Position numbers and translations under genes: made by a program
IMG/VR virus record: IMGVR_UViG_3300036861_000270
Coordinates: 1-55,728 of that record
Length of the DNA: 55,728 nucleotides
DNA from: a virus
Taxonomy: Duplodnaviria > Caudoviricetes
Direction: 5' to 3' (one strand)
Notes under the pieces: model-generated
What the model was told of the DNA's origin: nothing
The model's input: only the letters and a program-made list of their open reading frames with translations
Database searches by the model: none
Shown here: in pieces, positions 28,749 through 36,607 of the stretch
How the letters are laid out: the number at the start of each line of letters is the position of its first letter
Position numbering within the stretch: the first letter of the stretch is position 1

Positions 28749-30053
28749 TTGCCGGACGTATATAGCGATGTATATCGAGACCTCTACGGCACCCTCGGCC
28801 CCCAGATCGGCGCGATCTACTCCCTCGACGGGATCAACGCGCCCCAGGTGATCGTCGAGGTCGCGTTCGGCGGGACCACCACCGTCGACCCCGCTGGCGG
28901 CTACTTCGTCCTCGACTCCTCGGCGCTTGGGACGGGGCAGCTCGGCGCGGTCGGGTTCGTCGATGTCACCGCCGACGTGCAGCGGGTCAGCTTCCAGCGT
29001 GGCCAGGCCGGCGAGTTGGAAGCCGCCTCCCCGGGTACCTGCCAGGTGTTCCTCGACAACACTGCTGGGACCTACGACCCGCTCAACCCCTCCAGCCCTT
29101 GGTACGGGCAGCTCGATGTCGGGGTGGCAGTGTGGGTCAAAGCGGTCTGGCAACAGGTCACCTATCCGCTGTTCCGCGGGTTCACCGACTCCATCAGCGT
29201 CGACGCCGGGTTCGATCCCACCGTCACCCTGGCATGCACCGACGGGCTGGAGGTGCTCGCACGGGCGGTGCTGCGGTCCGGGTTCCCCTACCCGGACGGG
29301 GAGACCACCGGCGCCCGGATCAACCGGATCCTCGACGGTGCCGCGTGGCCAACCACCCTCCGCAAGATCGACACGGGCCTGTCCACCTGCCAGCAGACCG
29401 TCCTGGCGGACGCCGGCTCGGCGTTGCAGATGGTCAACGACGCGGTTGCCACCGAGCTCGGCTTCCTCGCCGTCGACGGGAACGGCGCGGTGGTGTTCTA
29501 CGACCGCCTCCACCCCTACCTCGCGCACCGGTCCCAGACCGTCCGCGCGACCATCTCCGACGTCGGCACCGACGTGGACATGCTCGAGGTGACCGTCTCC
29601 AAGCAACGCGACACGATCGCCAACCGGGCGCTCATCACCCGCAACGGCGGCATCGAACAGCAAGCCGACGACACCACCTCCCAGGCCGCCTACGGGATCC
29701 GGACGTTCTCAGGGACTGCGGGCCCGCTGCTGCGGGTCGACTCCGACGCGCTGTCGCTCGGGAACTGGATCGTTGGCCGGTCCAAAACCCCGAACGTGCG
29801 GGTCAGCCACGTCACCATCCACTCGGAAACCCAGGGGATGTGGACGACCCTGCTTGGCCTCACCTACCTTGACCGGATTCGGGTGGTCCGCGACTACGGC
29901 CCCAACACGCTGGATGTGCAGGTCATCATCCAGTCGCTCAACCACGACATTACCCAGGACTACTGGGAGATTGGTTTCGACACCCGCAACGTCGACAACT
30001 TCAAGCCGTTTGTTTTGAACAGCTCGAAGCTCAACACCGGGACGCTGGCCTAG
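28749..30053 (+). CDS. minor tail/baseplate hub protein
   Basis: 'DVTADVQ.VS..RG', 'LDN..G.YDP.NP.SP.Y', 'LFRGF', 'GARINRILD'. Confidence 0.78.
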   Translation: MPDVYSDVYRDLYGTLGPQIGAIYSLDGINAPQVIVEVAFGGTTTVDPAGGYFVLDSSALGTGQLGAVGFVDVTADVQRVSFQRGQAGELEAASPGTCQVFLDNTAGTYDPLNPSSPWYGQLDVGVAVWVKAVWQQVTYPLFRGFTDSISVDAGFDPTVTLACTDGLEVLARAVLRSGFPYPDGETTGARINRILDGAAWPTTLRKIDTGLSTCQQTVLADAGSALQMVNDAVATELGFLAVDGNGAVVFYDRLHPYLAHRSQTVRATISDVGTDVDMLEVTVSKQRDTIANRALITRNGGIEQQADDTTSQAAYGIRTFSGTAGPLLRVDSDALSLGNWIVGRSKTPNVRVSHVTIHSETQGMWTTLLGLTYLDRIRVVRDYGPNTLDVQVIIQSLNHDITQDYWEIGFDTRNVDNFKPFVLNSSKLNTGTLA

Positions 30054-30066
30054 GAGGACGATCACC

Positions 30067-30390
30067 ATCGCACGGAAGACTTGGTCCTCAGGCGACATCC
30101 TCACCGCCAGCGACCTGAACACGCTCGTGGTGCAGGCCGCGCCCGGCTCGAGCCGCACCCTCCACATCGGGTCGGCGGCGATCACCACCGACGCCACCGG
30201 CTACGTGACCGTGACGCATGGGGCCGGGTTCACCCCGAGCGTGGTCATCGCAATCCCGAACTCGACCGGTGGGATTGCCTACAGCGCGGTCTATGGGGTG
30301 GACACGTTCACGTCGACGACGTTCCGGCTCCGGATGGCCGGAGTGACCGGCGCCGTATCGTTCACGGTGCTGTTTCTCTGCCTGTCATGA
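30067..30390 (+). CDS. small tail fibre-like protein; apparent ATC start (30061 or 30067)
   Basis: AGGAGG followed by ATC; 'ARKTWSSGDILTASDLN' and 'VTHG.GFTP' motifs. Confidence 0.6.
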   Translation: MARKTWSSGDILTASDLNTLVVQAAPGSSRTLHIGSAAITTDATGYVTVTHGAGFTPSVVIAIPNSTGGIAYSAVYGVDTFTSTTFRLRMAGVTGAVSFTVLFLCLS

Positions 30391-30851
30391 TCCGCGACCG
30401 GCTGCTGGGCGCCGACCATCGGCTCGCCATGGTGGTGCAGCGGCTGGTCCGCCGGCTCGGACTCCGCGGCGCGTTCCTCGGCGCGGTCGGCACCCTCGAC
30501 CTCATCTGGGCCTGGTCGCTGCTTGACCGCGACACCGCGCAACCCCTCTTCGGCGCCGCGTCCTTCCAGGTCATCATCGCCTACGGTGGCAAGCTCCACC
30601 ACGCCCGCCCGCTGCTGCCCTGGGCGCTGCTGCTCGCCACGGTCGGGCTGCTATGCCTGTGGCAGGCGTTCGTAGACGACGACCGGGCCGCGTTCGCCGC
30701 CGCGATCGGGATCAAGGTCCTGTGGGCGCTGCTCACCGTCGCGGCCTGGCCGACCGCCCACTTCCAGGTCCTCCGCGGCACCACGCAATGGGCGACACTG
30801 GCCGTGGCGGTACTGATCTGCGCCGCGGGTCTTCCGTATCGGCAGGACTAA
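30387..30851 (+). CDS. multi-TM membrane protein (lysis cassette)
   Basis: About four hydrophobic helices; ATGA overlap. Confidence 0.7.
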   Translation: MIRDRLLGADHRLAMVVQRLVRRLGLRGAFLGAVGTLDLIWAWSLLDRDTAQPLFGAASFQVIIAYGGKLHHARPLLPWALLLATVGLLCLWQAFVDDDRAAFAAAIGIKVLWALLTVAAWPTAHFQVLRGTTQWATLAVAVLICAAGLPYRQD

Positions 30852-31193
30852 ATGGCGACCTGGCTGGTGGTGCTCCTGCCGACTCTCCCCTCGGGTCTTG
30901 CCGCGGTGCTGGTTTGGCAGGTCAGCACCGCCAACCGCCGGCAGACCGCCGAACAGGCCGCCCGGACGATCGCCCTTGATGAGCGGAAGGCCGACCGGGA
31001 GGAGCTCCAAACGGCGCTTGCGTTCTGGAGGACCAGTTTCGAGGCGGTCTCCCTCGACAACAAGGAGCTCCGCAAGGAACTCGACGTGGAACGGCGGGAT
31101 CACTGGCGGACCAAGCGGCGGGTCGACAAGCTCGAGGACACGCTGCGCCGTCAAGGTCTCGAAATCCCGAACGGTTCCGAGGGCTCGACATGA
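30852..31193 (+). CDS. membrane-anchored coiled-coil protein (lysis cassette)
   Basis: N-terminal TM followed by a charged coiled coil. Confidence 0.7.
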   Translation: MATWLVVLLPTLPSGLAAVLVWQVSTANRRQTAEQAARTIALDERKADREELQTALAFWRTSFEAVSLDNKELRKELDVERRDHWRTKRRVDKLEDTLRRQGLEIPNGSEGST

Positions 31194-31597
31194 GCGTACG
31201 AGGATGGATCCTCAGCGGCGTCGGGATGGTGGCGTTCGTCGCGGCGGCCGTGGTCAGCTCCAGCTTGGCGCCCAAACCTGGGGAGTTCGGCCCGACCACG
31301 ATGCCGCCGTCGACCGTCACGGTGCCGTCATCGGTGCCGGGCAGCCCACCGACCACCTCGGTTCCACCGACGACCGCGCCTCCGTCGGTGTCCGGGCTGC
31401 CCGGCCCACCAGGACCCCCAGGACCCCCCGGGCCGCCGGGAAGTGTCGCGTTCGTGCCACCACCGACGACCGGGCCGCCGCCGGCCACGGCCGCACCCAC
31501 CACGGTCGGGGTGACCAGCACGACGAGATGCCGGACGCCCAAGAGCACGGTGCACCCTTCGAGTACCCTGCACCCCGCATGCCTGCCGTCGCACTGA
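31190..31597 (+). CDS. membrane-anchored Pro/Thr-rich protein with short collagen-like GPP tract
   Basis: N-terminal TM, then GLPGPPGPPGPPG. Confidence 0.65.
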   Translation: MSVRGWILSGVGMVAFVAAAVVSSSLAPKPGEFGPTTMPPSTVTVPSSVPGSPPTTSVPPTTAPPSVSGLPGPPGPPGPPGPPGSVAFVPPPTTGPPPATAAPTTVGVTSTTRCRTPKSTVHPSSTLHPACLPSH

Positions 31598-31678
31598 CCT
31601 GCGATAATGCATCAAGTGGCCCCGCGCGATAGTGGTCGCCGTGGCCGTGGCCGACACCTACAAGGAGGTGCCGACGTG
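31594..31678 (+). promoter_or_regulatory. HNH-leader motif copy
   Basis: CTGACCTG-GATAAT-AAGTGGCCCCG.../CGTGGCC-GTGGCCGACACCT.../AGGTGCCGAC-GTG. Confidence 0.72.
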
Positions 31679-32137
31679 GCGAAGTCTGGACCAAAGCCGC
31701 GGCCAGTGGAAGAACGCTTCTGGGAGAAGGTCGAGAAGACCGACGGCTGCTGGCTGTGGATCGGGTCTAACAACGATAACGGCTATGGCCAGATTTTTGT
31801 TAATGGCCGCATGGTCTACGCTCATCGCGTTGCCTACGAGTTGTATGTAGGTCCGATTGCGGCTGGCCTTACCATCGATCATCTCTGCCGTGTCCGCGCC
31901 TGCGTGAACCCAGCACATCTGGAGGCCGTGACACAGTCGGAGAACATCCGGCGAGGTCTTGGTCCAAGGATCGTCGCCGAACTCAATCGTCGGCGAGTCA
32001 TGCAGAGGCCCAATTGCCCCGCGGGTCATCCGTTCGACGATGAGAACACCTATTGGTGGAGGGGCATGCGCCACTGTCGAACATGTCGCTCTGAGCATAG
32101 CCGCCGACGCCATCAGAAATGCTCAGGTGACAGCTGA
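31676..32137 (+). CDS. HNH endonuclease (HNH_3-like), paralog of 28115..28654
   Basis: 'RFWEKVEKT..CWLWIG...GYG', 'IDHLC....CVNPAHLEAVT..EN'. Confidence 0.9.
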   Translation: MAKSGPKPRPVEERFWEKVEKTDGCWLWIGSNNDNGYGQIFVNGRMVYAHRVAYELYVGPIAAGLTIDHLCRVRACVNPAHLEAVTQSENIRRGLGPRIVAELNRRRVMQRPNCPAGHPFDDENTYWWRGMRHCRTCRSEHSRRRHQKCSGDS

Positions 32138-33003
32138 TGAGCGACCTCTACACCGACACCTACCACGACACGTACGGAGGTGGCATGGCGCTACGCAGGA
32201 TGTGGGATGCCGCGTTCCCGCCGACTTCTCCACCAAAGTGGGAAGTTGTCGCGTTCTACATAGGCGGTAATACTCCTCACGTTTGGACCGAAACGGAGAT
32301 CGCCCGCCAGGCGGCCCGCTACAGGCTGCCTATCTTCGTCCGCTCCCATGATGGTGATCCACTTGCCGACGCCCACAGCTCGATCGTGTGGTTGGTCAGC
32401 CATGAGGTTCCCCGCGGCGTCACCCTGGCGTTGGACTACGAAACCCGCGTCGACGCCATCTACCTGGCCGCCTTCGACCGGGCGGTCCTGGATGCCGGCT
32501 GGCGGGTGATGGTGTACGGCTCCCGCGATTTCGTGCTCCGCAATCCCAAGCCGTCCGGTGGCTACTGGGTTGCGGACTACACCGGCTCCCCGCACCTGTA
32601 CCCGGGCAGCGCCGCAACACAATGGTCGGGGAGCGAGCCGTTCGGCGGCGCCTACGACCCCAACCTTGTGGCGGACTCCACGCCACTGTGGGACACAGGG
32701 AAGGATGACATGACCACAGAAGAGCACGACGCGCTCATGTGGCTCCGCGCCAACGTCACCTCGCTCCGCGACCAGGGCGTCCGCATGACCGACCATGGCG
32801 ACCCGAACGTGATGGGCCGCTCCAACCATCTCGCGCAGGTCCGCGCCGACATCGCCGCGTTGCAGGCTGACGTGGACGCGCTCAAGCAGGCCCTCGCCGC
32901 CGGGCTGCAGCTCGACCCGGCGCAGCTCGACCAGATCAAGGCGGCCGCGTCGCTGGAGGGCACCGCGCTCGTCCAGCTCGCTGTCAGCCCGGCAGTGCCA
33001 TGA
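32137..33003 (+). CDS. endolysin (GH25-like muramidase, putative)
   Basis: 'LALDYE', 'MVYGS', 'YWVADY', 'ATQW'; lies between membrane protein genes. Confidence 0.75.
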   Translation: MSDLYTDTYHDTYGGGMALRRMWDAAFPPTSPPKWEVVAFYIGGNTPHVWTETEIARQAARYRLPIFVRSHDGDPLADAHSSIVWLVSHEVPRGVTLALDYETRVDAIYLAAFDRAVLDAGWRVMVYGSRDFVLRNPKPSGGYWVADYTGSPHLYPGSAATQWSGSEPFGGAYDPNLVADSTPLWDTGKDDMTTEEHDALMWLRANVTSLRDQGVRMTDHGDPNVMGRSNHLAQVRADIAALQADVDALKQALAAGLQLDPAQLDQIKAAASLEGTALVQLAVSPAVP

Positions 33004-33139
33004 ACGACCGCTCGTCCGACCCGGACAAGGTCGCCCTGCACGGCGTGGAGGAGTGGCCGGTCGGTCTGCCACTGTCGTGGGGGACCGGGACCACCTCATG
33101 GGTCTGCTGGAACCAATCGGTCACCTGGAGCAGGTCCCG

Positions 33140-33331
33140 ATGAGCACCGCGAAGTTCGTTGAGCCGAAGTGGAAGGCGGTCGGCTGCGGCATCGTCACCT
33201 GCGACGTGTGTGGCAAAGATGACCGTGTCATCTTCCTCCGGCGTGGCAGTGGCAAGACTGGCCATATCTACCGCTGCACGGAGCATGCGCACATCACCGA
33301 CTGGCACGACCCGAAGCAAGTGGACTGGTGA
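33140..33331 (+). CDS. small zinc-finger-like protein
   Basis: CDVC...C..H. Confidence 0.5.
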   Translation: MSTAKFVEPKWKAVGCGIVTCDVCGKDDRVIFLRRGSGKTGHIYRCTEHAHITDWHDPKQVDW

Positions 33332-33681
33332 CCGCCGCGCATCCACCCGGGGTCGACGTCACCGCACGGCCGACCAACGGGATGACCGCATGCCGATGCA
33401 TCCGGTGGCATCGGCCAATCCCCGTCGAGGAAGAGATCCACCACGTCATACCTCAAGGTGCGCCGTTCCACGGTCCTGACGTGGACGGCAACCGGGTGGC
33501 GCTGTGCCCAACCGCGCACGTGAACGTGCATTCGTGTATCCGTGTGTGGCTCCGCGCCCGCAAGCTGGACCGGGTACCCACCCCGCTCGAGCTGAGGCCC
33601 TACACCCGGTTTGTCCGCAAGCTCGCGGAGCAGGCTATGGCGGCGCTCGGCCCACAGGCTGACGTTCCGCTCGACCCGTAG
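33328..33681 (+). CDS. small HNH-like protein
   Basis: 'EIHHVIP...G.D...N.VALCP..H..VH'. Confidence 0.75.
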   Translation: MTAAHPPGVDVTARPTNGMTACRCIRWHRPIPVEEEIHHVIPQGAPFHGPDVDGNRVALCPTAHVNVHSCIRVWLRARKLDRVPTPLELRPYTRFVRKLAEQAMAALGPQADVPLDP

Positions 33682-33691
33682 GGAGGCAACC

Positions 33692-33844
33692 ATGCTCGCG
33701 TTGATAGCCGCGGCCCTGTTGCTGCTTGACGCGTTCGGGATCGACCACCTCGGCCAGGTCGACATCTTCCTCCTCGCCCTTGCCTGTTGGGCCGCGTCGT
33801 TCACCGTTCCCCTCGCGATCCCCTGGCCACGGAGGCAACCATGA
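33692..33844 (+). CDS. small 2-TM protein
   Basis: GGAGG RBS; hydrophobic. Confidence 0.65.
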   Translation: MLALIAAALLLLDAFGIDHLGQVDIFLLALACWAASFTVPLAIPWPRRQP

Positions 33845-34161
33845 TCGCCAAGACTCAGCCGCTGCTCGTCGCGTGGCTATCCACCATCCTCGTCACCGCA
33901 GCGGCCCGCTACTTCCCGGGCCTACACCTGGACGACCAGCAGGCCCTCTATCTGGCCGGTGGGCTGTTCACGGTGGCCACCGCGGTCGCGCACCGGTTCG
34001 TGACGCCGACCGCGGAGCCCCGTGCGGCGGATGGTATGCCGCTCATCCGGGCGGCCGACGGGGCCAAGCAGTCCGACGCGGCCAAGCAGTCAGCCCCGCC
34101 GCCGCCGAGCCGGATCGCCGACGAGCGGCCACAGTCCCAGCCGCGCCGGCCGACGGGATAG
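33841..34161 (+). CDS. holin (putative)
   Basis: Two TM helices followed by 'VTP...PR..DG.PL'. Confidence 0.65.
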   Translation: MIAKTQPLLVAWLSTILVTAAARYFPGLHLDDQQALYLAGGLFTVATAVAHRFVTPTAEPRAADGMPLIRAADGAKQSDAAKQSAPPPPSRIADERPQSQPRRPTG

Positions 34162-34303
34162 ACTCCCGGTACGGTACCGGCACGCCGTAGAAGTGTCGGA
34201 CCACGATTCGGCCCCCGCAGACCGTCCGGCCGGCGGTAGGGGGCCGAATGGTCTGCGGGGGCCGTCGTGGTAGACTCCCCGCAGGATCCCCACATAGAGA
34301 AAC

Positions 34304-34437
34304 GGGGAGCTGGGAGGTCGAGCCGACCAGGGGTTGCCCCCACCAAAGGCTGACGCGCCGGGCCACGGTGGAGCATCAGAAGTGGCAGAGACGAAGAGCG
34401 CGGGCACCGGCCGGTCTGCAAGCCCAGTTTCCCACCA
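34304..34437 (+). ncRNA. candidate structured ncRNA closed by an 11-bp stem plus ACCA
   Basis: GGGGAGCTGGG/CCCAGTTTCCC-ACCA, nested internal stems, upstream TGgTAGACT, downstream terminator. Confidence 0.45.
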
Positions 34438-34444
34438 GCAACAC

Positions 34445-34484
34445 AAGAGCCGCCTCAGCCTCTTCGGGTTGGGGCGGCTCTTTG
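34445..34484. terminator. intrinsic terminator, probably bidirectional
   Basis: AAGAGCCGCCTCAGCC/GGTTGGGGCGGCTCTT hairpin between convergent operons. Confidence 0.8.
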
Positions 34485-34493
34485 CGTCCGGGG

Positions 34494-34841
34494 TCAGTCA
34501 GTGTTGAAGAAGTGGTCGATCTGCGTGCGGATGTTAACCAGCAGCGTCCGGGCCTCGACCTCGGACCGCTGTGCGCTTTCGAAACCGCCGATCGCCGTTG
34601 CCAGATCGCTCCGCAACCGCTCGACCTCGCCGACGAGCCAATCCACATCCTCGGCGTACCAGCCGTCCAGCTTCCGCTCTCGGCGCCAGCGGACTACCGA
34701 TAGCCGGTCGGTACGCTTAGGTATTGGCCGCGAACAGTGCAATTGATGGGCCAGGATGAGCCGCTCTGGCGCGACAACACCGCATTCCTCGCACCACTGC
34801 CAAGTATCGGCGAGCCGGGTGAGTGGTTGCTGCTCGCTCAT
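34494..34841 (-). CDS. hypothetical protein
   Basis: GGAGG RBS; CxxC..H..H; 'DVDWLVGEVERLR'. Confidence 0.7.
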   Translation of the reverse strand: MSEQQPLTRLADTWQWCEECGVVAPERLILAHQLHCSRPIPKRTDRLSVVRWRRERKLDGWYAEDVDWLVGEVERLRSDLATAIGGFESAQRSEVEARTLLVNIRTQIDHFFNTD

Positions 34842-35176
34842 GGTTCCTCCGGTCGTGCCGGTGGGTTGCTGCGGACCTCCATCTCCTCGACCTCGAGCGG
34901 GTCGTCGCTCATTGCGGCGTGTGCTCTGGCGGCCTGTTCGTTGTCGTAGAGGGCGATGACCTCGCTGGGGTCGTAGTTGCCGTATCGCACGGCCCACACG
35001 GCGGGGAACCGACGCAACCGCTCACACTCGCCGACGAGCCAGTCGAGGTCCGCCAGCATGTATTGCAACTCGGCTGGGTGCGTGGCCGGGTCGGTCCAGT
35101 CCTTGGCCGGTCCACGAACGAACATCGACCTGCTGAGCCGCGCCTTGATCTCGACGAGTCGGTCGTGGTCGTTCAT
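34838..35176 (-). CDS. hypothetical modular protein
   Basis: 'DLDWLVGECERLR' plus a module shared with 54553..54735. Confidence 0.72.
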   Translation of the reverse strand: MNDHDRLVEIKARLSRSMFVRGPAKDWTDPATHPAELQYMLADLDWLVGECERLRRFPAVWAVRYGNYDPSEVIALYDNEQAARAHAAMSDDPLEVEEMEVRSNPPARPEEP

Positions 35177-35328
35177 CGTTCCTCATCTTCCACATACCAG
35201 CGGTCATGCCCGGTCTCGCGCGTGTGCACGGCCGCCCACTTCCCGCGCGCCTCCGCATTGTCGAACGGCATGATGAGCGCGTCATCGCCCTCGCCGCACT
35301 CCAGACACACGAGCAGATAGAAGATCAT
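35173..35328 (-). CDS. small hypothetical protein
   Basis: MIFYLLVCLEC...H..TGH; ATGA overlaps. Confidence 0.6.
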   Translation of the reverse strand: MIFYLLVCLECGEGDDALIMPFDNAEARGKWAAVHTRETGHDRWYVEDEER

Positions 35329-35579
35329 TGTGGCTCCTCCGGTCCAGCGGGATCCTCGTCGGCGCGTTCCATGATCGGCTCGATCCATGTGCCGGCGCGG
35401 CGGGCGCCGACCTGGCGGATCTCGGATGGGAAGACCAGCAGGTCGGCCATGCCGCGGGCCAGCGACTGCGGGATCGGCACGTGGAGCCGGTCGGCGTCCT
35501 GGCTGGCCTGCTGGACGAGTGACGCTATATGCGCCCAACTCTCCGCCAGCTGGTCGTACGCTTCCTGTGTGGCTGCCAA
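35325..35579 (-). CDS. hypothetical protein, paralog of 37000..37209
   Basis: AAGGAG plus TTG; 'LHVPIPQ.LA.GMADLL.FP.E'. Confidence 0.7.
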   Translation of the reverse strand: MAATQEAYDQLAESWAHIASLVQQASQDADRLHVPIPQSLARGMADLLVFPSEIRQVGARRAGTWIEPIMERADEDPAGPEEPQ

Positions 35580-35854
35580 GGGGGTCTCCTTGGTGGTCGC
35601 AGGCCCCGGGTGAGTGTGAGGCTCGCTCGGGGCCACTTGCGTTTGATGGCCCGGCCGGGCCGCCCGACCTTGAGCAGGTGGGCCGTGCGAACTCCCAATC
35701 CGGGTTGAACTAGGAGTTGGCTAGTAGTTGGGCAGGGACCTCGGGCCGCTCGTGGCGGCTGGCTGGCACCTGCTCCCGCGCGGTGAGCGGGTGCCGGGAC
35801 GGTGCCGCTGTGGAGGGTTGCGTCCCGCGGCAGGACTAGGTGGACAATGGAATC

Positions 35855-35883
35855 AGTGTAAGGGTATCCTTACCTCCTGTCAA
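35855..35883 (-). promoter_or_regulatory. near-consensus sigma-70/SigA promoter with palindromic operator
   Basis: TTGACA-N17-TACACT on the minus strand; GTAAGG-gtat-CCTTAC at 35858-35873. Confidence 0.75.
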
Positions 35884-35906
35884 GAATCCCTAACGCCGGA
35901 GGTCTG

Positions 35907-36092
35907 ATGCCAGAGTTCGAACTCGACGACATCAGCGAGCTTCGCCGGGAACGCGACCGCTTCGAGGCGCTGCTCACCGAGGCCATCCGACGGGCGCGGG
36001 CCAAAGGCGACTCCTGGGAGAAGATCGCGCAGCGGCTCGGCGTCTCCCGTCCGGCCGCGTGGGAACGCTACCGCCGCCAGGTCGAGGAGTAG
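35907..36092 (+). CDS. HTH DNA-binding protein
   Basis: 'ARAKGDSWEKIAQRLGVSRPAAWERY'. Confidence 0.85.
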   Translation: MPEFELDDISELRRERDRFEALLTEAIRRARAKGDSWEKIAQRLGVSRPAAWERYRRQVEE

Positions 36093-36095
36093 GCC

Positions 36096-36314
36096 ATGAG
36101 TCGCATCGAAGGGTTCGCGGTCATCCTCACCGAGCGCATCTCGGAGGAGGACGCCGACGCGGTCATGCAGTCCATCCGCCAGTTCCGTTATGTGGCCGAT
36201 GTGAAACCGGTCATGACCACCACCGACAGCTACTTCGCGGAGATGCGGGTCCGGTCGGAGCTGGTCGACAAGCTGTTCGACTTCATCAGCAAGGAGATCC
36301 GAGGAAAGCAGTAG
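36096..36314 (+). CDS. hypothetical protein
   Basis: Follows the HTH gene; typical codon usage. Confidence 0.7.
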   Translation: MSRIEGFAVILTERISEEDADAVMQSIRQFRYVADVKPVMTTTDSYFAEMRVRSELVDKLFDFISKEIRGKQ

Positions 36315-36316
36315 CC

Positions 36317-36562
36317 TCACCGGCCGACCTCCTGACGCTGCGGGTCGGGGAGTCCACGCAAGCGGATGACCTCGTTGTAGAGCGCGATCAGATGGGGCCG
36401 TTCATGCCACCAGCCGTCCGGGTCGGCCACGCGATCCCACTCCTCAACCCGCTCCCGTGTCGCAGCTAGGGCCAGCTCGACATCGGCGCAGCGGCGCCGG
36501 TAGTCCCAGTGCCCCTCCACGTAGCCGTCGACGTACTCGACGATATCCTCGGGTTCGATCAT
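36317..36562 (-). CDS. hypothetical protein
   Basis: AGGAGG RBS. Confidence 0.7.
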   Translation of the reverse strand: MIEPEDIVEYVDGYVEGHWDYRRRCADVELALAATRERVEEWDRVADPDGWWHERPHLIALYNEVIRLRGLPDPQRQEVGR

Positions 36563-36607
36563 GTCGCCTCCTGGAGCGGATCGGGGAGCCGGCCGAGCGC
36601 GCTCTCC

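Noticed and set aside
34193-34204. GTGTCGGACCAC, nearly complementary to the leader word GTGGCCGACAC (C4-like antisense idea)
   Set aside because: Only 11 bp with a bulge in GC-rich DNA, and it already pairs locally with CCGGCAC; too weak without homolog support
34405-34430. GCCGGTCTGCAAGCCC resembling a twister or twister-sister ribozyme loop
   Set aside because: The other conserved elements and pseudoknot partners could not be found
34304-34437. tRNA, tmRNA or SRP RNA call for the CCA-ending element
   Set aside because: No T-loop or cloverleaf, too short for tmRNA, and the SRP core (CAGG..GNRA..AGCA) matches only loosely
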